52,086 bases of DNA, taken from positions 25,891-77,976 of the forward strand of contig NW_006409184.1 in the NCBI RefSeq assembly GCF_000296735.1. The letters are read 5' to 3'. The notes under the pieces were generated by a model. The model searched no databases and was not told the DNA's origin. It saw only the letters and a program-made list of their open reading frames with translations. The DNA comes from Chrysochloris asiatica (Eukaryota). Made by a program: the position numbers and the translations under genes. This document shows, piece by piece, positions 1 to 11,761 of the stretch. Numbering within the stretch: position 1 is the first letter of the stretch; each line of letters starts with the position of its first letter.

Positions 1-45
1 TATATATATTATTATATATATTTATATAGATAGATACAGATATAG
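1..45. repeat. TA-rich simple repeat (tata/tatt units)
   Basis: Direct reading: tatatatattattatatatatttatatagatagata at the window start. Confidence 0.6.
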
Positions 46-380
46 CAATAGCTTCTTGTAGCTTCACCTCAGGGAAGGAGTGGTAGGTAGATGGAGAGTC
101 AAGGAATCGCTCTCTCTTCAGGTTTCCCCAGTTATCTCCCGCCTCAGTATTGAGCCGAAAGAGCCAGCATTTGGCGGCAGCAGTGAGTGGAGTAGTGCTT
201 TGGTTTTCTGAGGCTTGATGGGACAGTACACAAGCCCTGTGCCCATGGTGGCCTGAGCCAGAATGTAGCCCCTGAGCTGTCGTACCTTTTTAGAATCTCT
301 GGTGTTTTCTAGGGACTTAACTCAGGGCCTGCAACAAGTTAACTGGAATAATAGCTAACATGTTTTGATTGACTACTTTG

Positions 381-568
381 GGAGTGTGGTAGCTCTGTAT
401 GATAAGCACTGGAATGTAAACCACAAGGTCGGCTGTTCAAGCCCACCAGTTGCTCGTTGGGAGAAAGATGAGTTTTCCTATTCCCACAAACATGTACAGC
501 CTCGCAAACCCTATGCAGGGTCGTTATGAGTCAGAACCAACTCTACAGCACTTAACAACAAACAACAC
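381..568 (+). mobile_element. AfroSINE copy (tRNA-derived SINE)
   Basis: Matches the SINE core ...ctggaatgtaaaccacaaggtcggctgttcaagcccaccag...ccctatgcagggtcgttatgagtcagaaccaactct...cttaacaacaa seen in about 30 copies in this window. Confidence 0.6.
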
Positions 569-571
569 TGT

Positions 572-752
572 TCAAGAGTGCTGTAGCTCTGTAGGATAAG
601 CACTGGACTTCTAACCATGAGGTCGGCGGTTAGAGGCCACCAGCAGCACATTGGGAGAAAAATAAGGCTTTTTGCTCCTGTAAAGATTTACAGCCTCGGG
701 AACCCTATACCCCTGTATATGTATGTCACTGTGAGTCAAACCAACTCAAAGG
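572..752 (+). mobile_element. AfroSINE copy, immediately tandem to the previous one
   Basis: gtagctctgtaggataagcactggacttctaaccatgaggtcggcggtt...ctgtaaagatttacagcctcgggaaccctat. Confidence 0.6.
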
Positions 753-834
753 CTCTTTTACCAAGTGGCGTTGAACTATAGATCATGTTCTTTTTCTCAG
801 TTTTTTTACTTAGCACTCTTTGAGATCTAGTTCT

Positions 835-1500
835 GTTGCTGTTTGTACATATGACTGCCGGACAGAAGTCTGTGGGGCACGTTCACCACGTTTTATATAC
901 ACTCCCCTGCGGTTGGAGATATAGATTGCCTCCCAGTTTCTGCTCCCAAGTGCACCCCACCTCCCCTCCACTTCCTGACACCACAAACCTTGCCACAGAG
1001 AGCATCCATGAACCTCTTGTGGTTCTATGCCAGCATTTCCCACGTTTTGTAGCTAAGAGAGGAATTCCTGTGTCCCAGGGCACATGCATACCAAAGTTCC
1101 TGAGGTGTTACCAGTTTCCTCTCCCAATTGACTGTAGCAGGGGATCCTGCATCTGCATATCCAGCTCTGGGATTTTGCCAATCTGATGGGTGTAAAATGA
1201 TCTCATTTTAATTTGCATGCTTCTAATTTCTAATGAGGTCACACATCTTTTCTGGCTACTCACTTTTTTTGGTTTTTCCTTGTATGAACTGCCTATTTAT
1301 ATTCTTTACTAAATTTCCTACTGAGTTTCCTGTCGTTTTATTTTTGCTTTGCAAGAGTTTCTTGCATATTTTAAATTAGTCTTTTGCAACCTTGTTCCTT
1401 AGAGAGACTTTATGCCTATTATCCTAAGATGCTTGTTGTATATAATAAATTCATTTTCTCCCCTGTATCGAGAATGGTGCTATTTACCTACTTGGGAGAA
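835..1500 (+). mobile_element. LINE-1 3'-region fragment
   Basis: Segment ...tgggtgtaaaatgatctcattttaatttgcatgcttctaatttctaatgaggtcacacatcttttctgg... resembles the conserved L1 3'-terminal region (gtggttttgatttgcatttccctgatg...catcttttcat); family assigned from memory. Confidence 0.4.
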
Positions 1501-1553
1501 CTGAGAAAATAGTCACTCAAATTATTTTCTGGTTTTTAAGATTCAGATGAAGG

Positions 1554-1740
1554 CGAACTGGTAGCGTAGTGGTTATGAATCGGGCTGCTAATCTCAAGAT
1601 CAGCAGTTCAAAACTACCAGCTGTTCTGCGGGAGAAAGATGAGGCTTTCTGCTCCCATAAAGATTTACAGCCTCGGAAACCCTGTGCAGGGTCGCTGAGT
1701 TGGAACTGACTCCACGGCACACCACCACCACCACCACCAA
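1554..1740 (+). mobile_element. Full-length AfroSINE with (CCA)n tail, flanked by a 14 bp target-site duplication agattcagatgaag
   Basis: Head ggtagcgtagtggttatgaatcgggctgctaatctcaag (tRNA-like); body ...ctgctcccataaagatttacagcctcggaaaccctgtgcagggtcgctgagttggaactgactccacggcac; tail caccaccaccaccaccacc; identical flanks at 1540-1553 and 1740-1753. Confidence 0.85.
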
Positions 1741-2244
1741 GATTCAGATGAAGAACCCCAGTTGAGAAAGGCTGTTTAAGATAATCATTCTTAGTCAGTT
1801 TTAGATACTGCAAATATTTTCTCTTAGAATGTCACCTGTCTGTGGCATTTGTTACTGAATAGAAATCCTTGATTTTTTAAAATTACAAATAATCATTTAT
1901 TATTTTTAAAGTAGAATATTTACATTGTAGAAATTTAGACCAAAAAGACGATACAAAATAAAAGCACTGTATATCTTCCAGGTCCTTCTCTGTGTGCGTG
2001 TATTTTTGCCAAAATATGGTCATATTGTATGTGTTGTTTTATTATCTTCCCTTTTTGTTGTTGTTGCTGTGAATGACTGCCATCTTTTCATGTCAATAAA
2101 GTTTTATCTAACATCCAGGCCATACTAAAATATTTCCAGTTGCTCCATAAATTTATAGCTGGTTTATCTAACCCAGGACCTACTGTAGACCCTCCCACTG
2201 GGTCTGGTTGTTATTTTCTTTAGGTCTAGTCCAATCTAAAACAC

Positions 2245-2312
2245 TATGCCGACTGCTCTGTCACCTAGGGGCAATATGAGTCAGAATTGACTTGACAGCA
2301 CCCAACAACAGA
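2245..2312 (+). mobile_element. AfroSINE 3' fragment
   Basis: ...cacctaggggcaatatgagtcagaattgacttgacagcacccaacaacag. Confidence 0.4.
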
Positions 2313-3365
2313 CACATCAGATCCTAGTGTAGCTGTCCCTTTGAGATTGACTTCCTCAAGGTAAAATTGTGACCTGATTGTGTCTTTATATTCTTACTGC
2401 TCAACACACAAAACATACCAGCCATGGCAGATTTGTAAATTGTCTACCAGATCAGTACTGTATGTTTGTTTAAAGCATGGAGTGCCATATGGCAGGAGAG
2501 TTAAGGTTCAGTTCATGAAATGACAGGAACTAGTTGAACTTGAAGAATGGGTAGGACTTGGTTAGATAACAAATCAAACAAACAAAAAATATCTTACTGC
2601 TCCCATGAGTGTTGATTATAGATTCATGGAAAAGTAAAATCCTTGACAACTTCAAAAAAAAACCACTATGCTGACTTATTAAAGAGACCTCTAGTTGTCC
2701 TGCAGAGTGACCCATCTTCTGAGTTTGTCTGGTCGTTTCCTCATAGTATCATTTGATTTGTTACCCTGCCCTACCCTACCTTAAATGTCTAAAACTAAAA
2801 GTTCAATTTAAAGGTTTGATAGTAAAATATTTTGACCAGAATACATTTTAGATGATGTTATTATATATTTCATATTGTGGGCCCATTGAGAGACGTCCAG
2901 TGTTGTTACTATGATCCATCATTAGTGATGATCCTATTTGGTTGCTAGATTCAGGTGACGGTGGTTTGATCCTCCTGTGTAGTTAAATTACCTTGTTGCC
3001 AGCTAAAAATTAACTTGTGTGTTGCTATTTGGGCACCATATGAATATCTGTTAGCCGTCAGTTACACATCAACCGATTATCCTCATCTAACAATTTCACT
3101 AGTACTGTTGAATAATTGTTATAATCCTATTATTCCCTTAACATTACATGCTTGAAAAATTCTTAATTTTAATATAGTCAAATCCCTTAATATTTTTTTT
3201 TTTGCCTAATGGTGTCTCTTTTTGGGGTCTTATTTAAAACTTTTTTTTTCTATTCTACATTTTTTACTTAGCTCTATAGTTTCACTTTCAAGTGTTTTAA
3301 TCTAAATGGAATTCACTTTGTAAAAGTGAATTGCAAAGGGCTTTAACTGGTTTTTGTCCCCCATA

Positions 3366-3548
3366 GTTGTTGTTAAGTACCATGGGGTCAGTTCCAACTC
3401 ACAGTGACCTTGCACAGGGTTTCTGAGGCTGTAAATCTTTACAGGAGCAGAACACCTCCTCTTTCTCCCGCGGAACCACTGGTAGTTTCGAACTGCTGAC
3501 CTTGAGGTTGGCAGCCCGACTCGTAACCACTGAGCTACCAGAGCCTGA
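3366..3548 (-). mobile_element. AfroSINE copy (reverse orientation)
   Basis: Forward strand reads gttgttaagt...cagttccaactcacagtgaccttgcacagggtttctgaggctgtaaatctttacaggagcag...ggtagtttcgaactgctgaccttgaggttggcagcccgactcgtaaccactgagctaccagagc, the reverse complement of the SINE consensus. Confidence 0.8.
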
Positions 3549-3859
3549 GCTAAATTTCCCAGTGCCATCAGTGATTCTTGCCTCGTGTGTTTGACCCTTC
3601 TTTAATCCCCTCCCACACTGAATAGGTTTGACAAATATAACCAATAGGATACTATGGAAGTGATGTGTGACTTCTAAGGCTATGCCATAAAAGACATCGC
3701 AGCTTCTGTCTTGCTCTCTCTTGGATCATTCACCATTGGAGAAGCCAGCTACTACTGTGTTGCGAGAATCCTTAAGCAGCCCTAAGGAGAGGTTGCCTTA
3801 GCAAAGAACTGAGAATACCTGCTAACAGTCTGTGCAAAGTTGCCAATAGAAAGAGCAGA

Positions 3860-4075
3860 CTGTCTGAAAAGTCAAGTCTTCAGAAGACTGCAGCCTTGAC
3901 CAACGCCTTGATGGCAGCCTCATGAGATCCTGAACTAAGACCAGTCAGCCAAACCAACCCCAAATTCATGACCCACAGACACTGAGATAATAAATGTTTG
4001 TTGCTGTTTTAAGCTGCTACGCTTGGCATAATGTGTTGCACAGAAATAGGTAACTAATACTGATTTTTCCTATCT
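3860..4075. repeat. Ancient interspersed repeat fragment (MER-type, DNA-transposon-like; family not resolved)
   Basis: ...gcagccttgaccaacgccttgatggcagcctcatgagatcc...cacagacactgagataataaatgtttgttgctgttttaagctgctacgcttggcataatgtgttgcacagaaatagg; a second copy of the same consensus at 6235-6560. Confidence 0.35.
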
Positions 4076-4675
4076 GAAATAGGGTTCTGCCAGAGTCTAA
4101 AATGTAGGAATGACTTTAGAAATGGGAAAAGGGCCGAAGCTGAGGAAAGTGTTAGTGAAAACCTGAAGAGCTTTGAGTCTTTTAATAGAAGTTTGATGGC
4201 CTTTGAGGAAGCTGAAGCTTAGGGTTTAAAGAAGAGTGAACACAGTAGTATTGGAAACTGGCAGAAAGTGTAAGTTTAGCAACATTGCACCTGTGGTAAC
4301 ATAGAAAGTAGAAAACTTACCTAATAAGTGGAGTGATCTAGCTAAGGAAATTTCCAAGCCGAGTGTTAAAGGTGTCACTTGCCTTTTTGTTGTTTATAGT
4401 AAAATGAGAAAGGAGAGGGTATGCTAGAGCAAAATATTGAACAAAAAGGAGTGAGGACTTGTTGGGTTTGAAGATTCCCAGTCTTTCCAGATAACAAAAG
4501 ATATTAAAATGAACGAATCGCTTCCAAGCAGAAATTAACTACAGGGCATTGTCAGGAAAACAAGGCCTAAAGATGACAGTAAGAATGTAATTGGGAAATT
4601 TCTTTTTTAAGATTTTGGAGAGAAAAGCATACCTCAGAACCATTCACTAAAATAATAGGACTTTTAAGAAGGTTG

Positions 4676-4832
4676 AGGAGACTCCTGGTGTGGTGCTGTG
4701 GGTTAATGCACTGGACTGAAAAGTCAGCTTGAACCGCAAGGTTGGCAGTTCAAGCTCACCAGCTGCTTCTTGGAAACCCTATACAGGGTCGCTATGGGTC
4801 AGAACCAACTTGATGGCACTTAGCAACAAGAA
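4676..4832 (+). mobile_element. AfroSINE copy
   Basis: ggagactcctggtgtggtgctgtgggttaatgcactggactgaaaagtcagcttgaaccgcaaggttggcagttcaagctcaccagctgcttcttggaaaccctatacagggtcgctatgggtcagaaccaacttgatggcacttagcaacaag. Confidence 0.7.
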
Positions 4833-6234
4833 GGTTAATGGTGTTTGTCTGCAGCCTTAGCACAAACCCAATAAAGAAAAGGGCTTATCTCAGAGATTTG
4901 TGGATGTGTCCTTTTATCTAAGGAGGTGAATCCCAGTAAGATTCACGAGACAAAGATAATTATTTGGGTAGAAACACGGCCAATTTGAAAAGAGTGCAAA
5001 AGAAGAAGTGGACTTTGGACCCCTGGATTTCTACAGGCTGGGAAAACAAGAGGCAAACAGAATGCCGTTCATGGAAAAGGAAGAATGGCTCAGAGCAGAG
5101 TCAAGAACCATCAAAAATAATTCCTAGACAGAAGTAGGAGTCAAGGAACTTAGAACATTTACACAAGTGGATTCCAGAATTGCTTTGGACCAGTGAATGC
5201 TATGCCTCCTATCTTCCCTGTCTTTTACACCAGAGTGTCCTTTTTACCTGTCCCACCATTGGTTATTAGATGGATGGAGGCAGATAACTTGTCTTTGTAG
5301 GTCACAGGTCTTCAGATGGAGAGGAATTGTGTTTAAGGAGTTGTAGTTCAGGAGCTCCATCCCCATCTGGACCTGAGTTAGATGACAGGAGTCTGTACTT
5401 TAAGTTGGTGCTGTAATGGGATGAGACTTTTGGAGACCTTGGGAGAGCTGAGTGTATTTTCCATGTGGGAGGGATGTGAATCAATGAGGCCCAGAGGGTG
5501 GACTGTGGAGCCAGCCTCTACCACAGCCCCCAATGTTGTTTTGCATCTTAATATTCATTCCCTTATATGGTTTCCTCCCATACTGAGCAGGGCTGGCCTC
5601 TAGCCAGTAGGATGTTGGGGAAATTATGGCGTATGACTTGTGAAGATACGTCATAAAAGACCTGACAGATAAAAACACATGACGTGTTGGTACATGTTAA
5701 CATGGATGAACCTTAAAAACATACTGAGTGAGATGGGCACAAAACAACATGCATGATGGGGCATTGAGTTTGTGAGAAGTTAATACTTTCCAACAGATGT
5801 TTTGATGCCCCCTTATTGTATGCTGTTACATGAAAAAAACTAGAATTGGCAAAAAGTACAGAGACCAAACATCAGTGTTTACTGAGCTTGGGACTGATTG
5901 GCTAAGTCATTGGGAAGCAGTGAATTTCTGTATATGGTGGTGGGGAGTTTAGCAGTGCTTATGGGTAATGGTTGCAGTTTAGTGTACTATCACTGAATTG
6001 TACACCTAAGAACGTTGAATTGGCAAATGTGTTGTATGTATTTTTACAGCAAATGTATCTTAATGATAATTCAGTATTAACTGAGAATTAGTGTGAGACT
6101 TAGAAAAGATTAAAATAGAAGAAAATATGCAAAGTGGAATCTGAAATGCCAGAAATCTTGTAGTAGTTTCAATAAAATGAAAGCAAGATGAAAAAAAAAA
6201 AAGACCCCTGGTGGTCTTCGCCCTGCTCTCTCAG

Positions 6235-6560
6235 GTCCTTTGCTCTAGGGAAGTCAGCTGCCGTGTCATGAGGCCATGGAAGCAACTCTGTGGAGCTGTC
6301 TGAATGGCCGGGATCAGATGCTTCCTACCTACAGCTGGCATGAGTGAGCTTTCTCAGAAACATCCTTCAGACTCAGGCAGGCCCTCAAATGGCTGCAGCC
6401 CTGACCAACATGATTCTTGGCTACACCGTCATGAGATCTTCTGTGCCACAGTCAGCCAGCTAAACCACTCCTGGATTCCTCACCCACAGGAACTGTGAGA
6501 TAATATTTATTCCAGCTGCTAAATTTGGGGATCATTTGTTAGGTAGCAATAAATGACCAA
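6235..6560. repeat. Ancient interspersed repeat fragment (same MER-type family as 3860-4075)
   Basis: ...gccctgaccaacatgattcttggctacaccgtcatgagatc...cacaggaactgtgagataatatttattccagctgctaaatttggggatcatttgttaggtagcaataaatgaccaacac. Confidence 0.35.
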
Positions 6561-7489
6561 CACAATCTATACTTTCCCCACTGGTCTGTGGTATCCCTCT
6601 TGTACATCCCCAGTTCTCACATGCACACTGATCTGTTGATGAGTCTGTTATGTTCCATTGGCTTATTTGTTTCTGTACCAGGACCACACTTTTTATCATG
6701 TCTTTATAGGCTATCTTAATATTTGGTAGTCTAGCTCTCCTATTTACTCTTCCTTTAAAAATTTGACCTAAACATATATATTTTTTCCCATATTAATTTT
6801 AGAATAAGTTTTATGAGTTTGCCAAAAAAAAAAAAAAAATCTTTTGGAATTACACATACAATTTTTAGGTTGGAAGAGGTGGAAAGGTTTTGCCATGAAA
6901 ATCCTAGGAGAAGATAGAAGACAAAGTAGCCCATGTGTCTGGCCCTAATTTTGCCTCCAGGTCCACCCATTCAACAGATCTTTATTGAGTATCCATTATG
7001 CCATTATGGACTAATTGCCTTACTCAGTAGGTAGGAAAAAACAGACCATAAGCATATAGACACAAAAAAAATGTGAAAGATGCTATGAAGACGAACAAAT
7101 GTGAAGAGGAGGAAGCAGCATGGAACTTCGGGAGAAGGACTGGCACTCCATGGGAAGGAACCACTTGAGCTGATACCTTATTCCGAAGGAGGCAGCCAGG
7201 CAAAGAACTGGGTGATGAGCTATCCGAGAAGGGGAGCAACAGAGGGCAAGAGTGAGCATAGCTAGATTATGAAGAAACCAGTAGGGCTCAAGTCCTGTAA
7301 GCAAGGTGGCTGTGATAGGAAAGGAGATCAGAAAGATTCAACAGAAATTGGATCCTGCAAAGCCTGTGGCCCTCGAAGGAGTATGGGATCCTCAGCCTCA
7401 CTCCAGGGACAACTGCCAAGTTTTTAAGGCTTTGAAGTGGGGGAGTGGCCTTTGATTGTGCTGTTAATCACCTTCCCCTTTTTCCCCAG

Positions 7490-7579
7490 CAAAAAAGGGA
7501 GAACCTTTCCCCGCTGTGCCTCATCCCCACGGTGACTTCTCCCCGGGAGGAGCAGCAGCTCCTGGCTAGCACCTCCAAG
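7490..7579 (+). CDS. KCTD13: KCTD13 internal coding exon (QKRENLSPLCLIPTVTSPREEQQLLASTSK), phase 0-0
   Basis: Acceptor ttttccccag|CAAAAAAGG, donor CCAAG|gtgagg; translation matches the recalled KCTD13 linker region; the 5' BTB exons are not in the window. Confidence 0.85.
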
Positions 7580-7665
7580 GTGAGGCCCCTGAGTCCTGTG
7601 GGGTGGAGGCTGGAGCCTCTGTCTCCAACCTGCCCCATCCTTCTCCATCCTTTCTCCCCCGACAG

Positions 7666-7718
7666 CCCGTGGTAAAGCTCGTGCACAACCGCAGTAACAA
7701 CAAGTACTCCTACACCAG
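7666..7718 (+). CDS. KCTD13: KCTD13 coding exon (PVVKLVHNRSNNKYSYT + ag)
   Basis: Acceptor ctcccccgacag|CCCGTGG, donor ACACCAG|gtgacc; joins in frame to the next exon to give ...SYTSTSDDN. Confidence 0.85.
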
Positions 7719-8218
7719 GTGACCACCCGCCCCTGGGGGATGTGCTGGGTGGGCGCCTGGGATCCAGCAGCACCCTGCTATTGGCCCAAGGGGAGGGCCC
7801 TGCCACTCAAATGGGAAGAATGCCTGCCTAAGTGCCAATTCTAGCTCGGCCACTTTCCCACTGGGTACTTTGGGCAGGTCATTTTCACTTCTGAGCTTCA
7901 GTGTTTACTTTTGGTAATGTGGGGTCCAGGTGAGGATTATTTTACAACAGGTATTGCATTAAATGGCTTACATACACAGGTAGTCTTTAACTTATAGTGG
8001 GATTCCCACAACACTGCTGTAATTACTTTTTTATGTAAGTTGAATGATTTGCTTGTTTAGTTATTAATATGATTGCCTTTTATTATCAGTATCTTTATAA
8101 ATCTTTATTTGTTTTGGGGGGTTGAAAAGATTACATGTAAACTTGCAGCTTCAACACAGATAGTTGCGACTTAATGACATTTAACAAACAACAAATTTCC
8201 AGTTATACAAGTTCCCCA

Positions 8219-8408
8219 GACACATTGCCATCAAGTTGATTCTGACTCATAGCAACCATAAAGGACAGTGAAGAGCTGCTCCAAAGGGTCTCTGGGGACT
8301 ACATTTTTATAGGAGCAGGTAACCTTCTCTTTCTCCTATGGAACGGCCCTTGGGTTTGAACCACTGACCTTGTGGTTAGCAGTCCAACACATAATCCACT
8401 ATACTATG
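8219..8408 (-). mobile_element. AfroSINE copy (reverse orientation) in a KCTD13 intron
   Basis: Forward strand ...caagttgattctgactcatagcaaccataaaggacagtgaagagctgctccaaagggtctctggggactacatttttataggagcag...gaaccactgaccttgtggttagcagtccaacacataatccactatactatgagg. Confidence 0.75.
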
Positions 8409-8416
8409 AGGAATTA

Positions 8417-8699
8417 TAGGAGCTCTGGTAGCATTTGTTGTTGTTGTTAAGTGCCTTCTAGTCGGTTCCGACCCATAGCGACCCTGTACAGGGTTTCCGA
8501 GGGTGTAAATCTTTACGGGAGTAGAAAGCATAGTGGTTATGAATTGGGCTGCTAATCTCATGGCCAGCAGTTCGAAACTACCAGCTGGTCCGCGGGAGAA
8601 AGATGAGGCTATCTGCTCCCATGAAGATTTATAGCCTCGGAAACACTGTGCAGGGTCACTATGAGTCACAACTGATTCCACAGCACCTAACAACAACTA
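8417..8699 (+). mobile_element. AfroSINE inserted into the tail of the previous one (TSD ggaattat), itself interrupted at 8433-8523 by a reverse-orientation SINE fragment
   Basis: Head ggagctctggtagca continues after the nested fragment as tagtggttatgaattgggctgctaatctca...; nested fragment is ttgttgttgttaagtgccttctagtcggttccgacccatagcgaccctgtacagggtttccgagggtgtaaatctttacgggagtag; ggaattat at 8409-8416 and 8700-8708. Confidence 0.75.
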
Positions 8700-8945
8700 G
8701 GAATTATGCACATGTTATGTAAGCAAAAAAAAAAAAACCCAAAAAGCAGTTGTAGGTGGGGTTTGTCCTAATACCTTGTAAGTTGGGGACTGACTACCTG
8801 TATTACACAGAATTCTCACATTGTTAGAGGTGGGTTCTGCTGTGATCTCCATTTTCTAGATGAGGGGAGGTAACTTGCCTAGGAACACTCAGTTAAAAAG
8901 TGGTAGTGCTAGGATATCAGGTTAGGCAGCTCCAGAGCGTGCGTA

Positions 8946-8966
8946 TGTGTGTGTGTGTGTGTGTGG
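8946..8966. repeat. (GT)n microsatellite
   Basis: tatgtgtgtgtgtgtgtgtgtgtgg. Confidence 0.8.
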
Positions 8967-9168
8967 CCACTTTACTGTGCAGAGATTTGCTAGTAAATGT
9001 GACTTCCCTTTCTGAGACCACTTAGCCTGGCTCTAGGGCTGGAGGAAGTTCCAAAGCCCTGGGACGATCCAGAGTGCAGGGAGTCTGGGCCCCTGTGCTG
9101 GAGTGGGGGATGGGGGGAGAGGGAGGGAGACCAGTTGTACTGAGGCCTCCTGGCCTCCTGGTCCTCAG

Positions 9169-9364
9169 CACTTCAGATGACAACCTACTTAAGAACATCG
9201 AGCTGTTTGACAAACTGGCCCTGCGCTTCCACGGGCGGCTGCTCTTCCTCAAGGATGTTCTGGGGGATGAAATCTGCTGCTGGTCTTTCTACGGGCAGGG
9301 CCGCAAAATCGCTGAGGTGTGCTGCACCTCCATTGTCTATGCCACAGAGAAGAAGCAGACCAAG
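9169..9364 (+). CDS. KCTD13: KCTD13 coding exon ([66 protein letters not shown])
   Basis: Acceptor gtcctcag|CACTTCAGATGAC, donor ACCAAG|gtcaga; translation matches the recalled KCTD13 (BACURD1) sequence closely. Confidence 0.9.
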
Positions 9365-11012
9365 GTCAGAAGGGATTCAGGGCCTGGCTGGGTGGGGAGT
9401 GGGGGCGAGGTATGGGCTGGACTAGGATCCTGGACAAAGGCAGCTCAACAGACTGGAAAAAGCCCATCACTGGGAGTCTGGAGCCAGGGATCTGGGAAAT
9501 GAGGGTGCTGGAGTAGGTTTCAAGACTATTTGCAGTCCCCTGAAATAATCTGCAGACTTAGGAGTATGTGCATTTTTCTGTGTAGTGAGTCTGTAGTTGC
9601 CATTAGAACCTCAGAAAAGTCCACCATACCAATTAAGTTCATCAAACCTGAGGACCAGATAGGGTTTTAGAGCACTTCCTGGGTTTGCCATCCTGAGTCA
9701 TTAACTTGGCACTCATCAGCAGATGCTTTCTGAGCACCTACTATAGCAGGGCACCAGGCCAGATCCAAACAAAGGTGAACATAGTGCTGAGTCAAGTACA
9801 AGCCTCTTGTCATCTGGTTCTTGCAGATCTCACTAGTCTGGTCCCTTCTGACCTTGATCTGAGGAAGTGCTTCAACCACAGCAACTTGCTTTAAAGTGTC
9901 TCGGCATCCTGTGCTACGTCACACCTCTCCACCTTTGCACATATTCTTCCCTCTTCTTGAAATTCTTTTTCTTCATCTCTATCTGCCTAATGAAGTTGTA
10001 TTTCATTTTTTTCAGCCCTAAGCCAAGCATCACTTTCTTTGGGATACCTTTGTTTGTGAACTTCCAACCCAACAATGTCAAAGTTGGTCATCTTGGCTAA
10101 GTACAGTGTTTGTGGTAGTCTGGGGATGTGGCTGCAACAGCAGAGTGTTAGCTCCTTGTGGGCAGGCAGCATGTGTCTTTTTCTTTCTTATTTCCTAGCA
10201 TTTTCACCCAGCCCGTTACATGGGACAGCTAGGAAGCATTTATTGTTGACTTCATGAATAAGTGAATAGCCCAACTCCCAAGCAGCTTCCTTTGTAATTG
10301 GAGAGACCTGATGACAAGCTAGTTATTAGGGTACAACTGGCTAAGAGCTAGGTTCATTACATCTTAATAAGGTGTCACAATTGGACACACCCCCCTCCCA
10401 TCACCTCTGATTTCCTCCTTTCTTATTCTTCCTTTATTGGTCTCCTTGCTGGTCTTCAAATGATGCAGTAAGCACACTACTGTTGCCAAGCTTCGCTATG
10501 GCCCCTTCCCAAACTGCTCTCCTAGCATCCACCTGGTTCCCTCCTGCCATTCCTTTGGCCTTTGGTCAAACGTCATCATCCTTGACCTCCCTCTTTGTAA
10601 AGTTGCAACACTTATAGCCCTGGCTAGTCTCATTCCCTTTCCCTGCCATATTATTAAGTGTGTGTCTAAGCCCTGCCCCTAGAATATCAGCTTCCTGAGG
10701 ACAGCAGTTTTCTCTGTTTTGTTCACTGCTCTAGTTCCAGGGTCTAGAACAGCATCTGGCAGAGTATAGTCCCTCAGTAAATATTTGTCAAGTGAAAGAA
10801 ACCTGGCAGCCTGATTTCAGAACTGATTCTTGGAGTGCCAGTACTTCCATGTAAGCTTTGTAGAACCAGGAAGCTGCAGAGAGGACAGCCCAGGCCACAG
10901 AGCCTGTGACTGCAAAGGCCAGGAGGTGTGCAGCATGCCTGTGGCTGGGGAAAGGGGGTGGCAGTGTGACTGGACCAGAGGGTAGGAGCTGGGAGTTGCT
11001 GGCCTTTTACAG

Positions 11013-11249
11013 GTGGAGTTCCCAGAAGCTCGAATCTTTGAGGAGACCTTGAACATCCTGATCTACGAGACTCCCCGGGGCCCAGACCCTGCCCTCCTGG
11101 AGGCCATAGGGGGTGCTGCTGGAGGTGGTGGGGCAGGCCGTGGGGAGGATGAGGAGAACCGAGAGCACCGTGTCCGCAGAATCCATGTCCGGCGCCACAT
11201 CACCCATGACGAGCGTCCTCATGGCCAGCAAATCGTCTTCAAGGACTGA
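11013..11249 (+). CDS. KCTD13: KCTD13 terminal coding exon (VEFPEARIFEETLNILIYETPRGPDP...RRIHVRRHITHDERPHGQQIVFKD*)
   Basis: Acceptor ggccttttacag|GTGGAGTTC; TGA at 11247-11249; matches the C-terminus of KCTD13 and the TNFAIP1 family. Confidence 0.9.
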   Translation: MEFPEARIFEETLNILIYETPRGPDPALLEAIGGAAGGGGAGRGEDEENREHRVRRIHVRRHITHDERPHGQQIVFKD

Positions 11250-11729
11250 CCTCTGACCCTCCCCCTGCCTTCCTCTTTCTCCTGGGGCTTAGTCCCTTTC
11301 TCTTTTCCTTGTAATCCCAGACTTTTGCCCCGACTTTGCTGGCCAAGTCGTGGGCCTTCCTTTTGTCCCTACATTGCATGGTACAGTTTCCATTCCACTG
11401 GTTCCCACCTCATTGCTAACAACGGTACATTCCAGATCCTCGCCTCAAGCAGAACCCTTCAGAAGTTCTACAGTCATCCACTCACTTCCATTCCTGCCTT
11501 GCTATCTTTCCTTTACTAGCTGGTTTCGAATTGTTTCTAATTCCTTTTCCCCTTTTTAAGTACACTGTACATGCCAAAGTGTCAACCAACCCTTAATAAC
11601 ACACAGCACATTTGAGCCACCTTCTCATCAATGTGCAGCCTCCTGCTCCTTCCCCTACTTCCTTAGCTTTGTACTAGGCTGGCCTGGGCCTGTACCAGCT
11701 CAGCTGTCTTCTCAATTTGTTTCATATTA

Positions 11730-11735
11730 TTTATT
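11730..11735 (-). terminator. ASPHD1: AATAAA polyadenylation signal on the minus strand, end of the ASPHD1 3'UTR
   Basis: Forward tttatt at 11730-11735, about 330 nt downstream (on the - strand) of the ASPHD1 stop; convergent with the KCTD13 signal. Confidence 0.45.
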
Positions 11736-11761
11736 ATTTTAATTTTCTATTAAATTATTGG

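Noticed and set aside
1560-1600. tRNA-like sequences (ggtagcgtagtggttatgaatcgggctgctaatctcaag...) recurring about 30 times; a tRNA scanner would flag many of them
   Set aside because: They are the tRNA-derived heads of AfroSINE retroposons. Each is followed by the SINE body and a CAA/CCA tail, with no intact acceptor stem or CCA context, so they are not functional tRNA genes
1-7489. Searched for the 5' KCTD13 exons (start codon and BTB domain, for example ...[22 protein letters not shown]...)
   Set aside because: Not found. The region is dominated by SINE, L1 and other repeat fragments and AT-rich sequence with no matching reading frame. The 5' exons presumably lie upstream of the window, so KCTD13 is reported as 5'-partial
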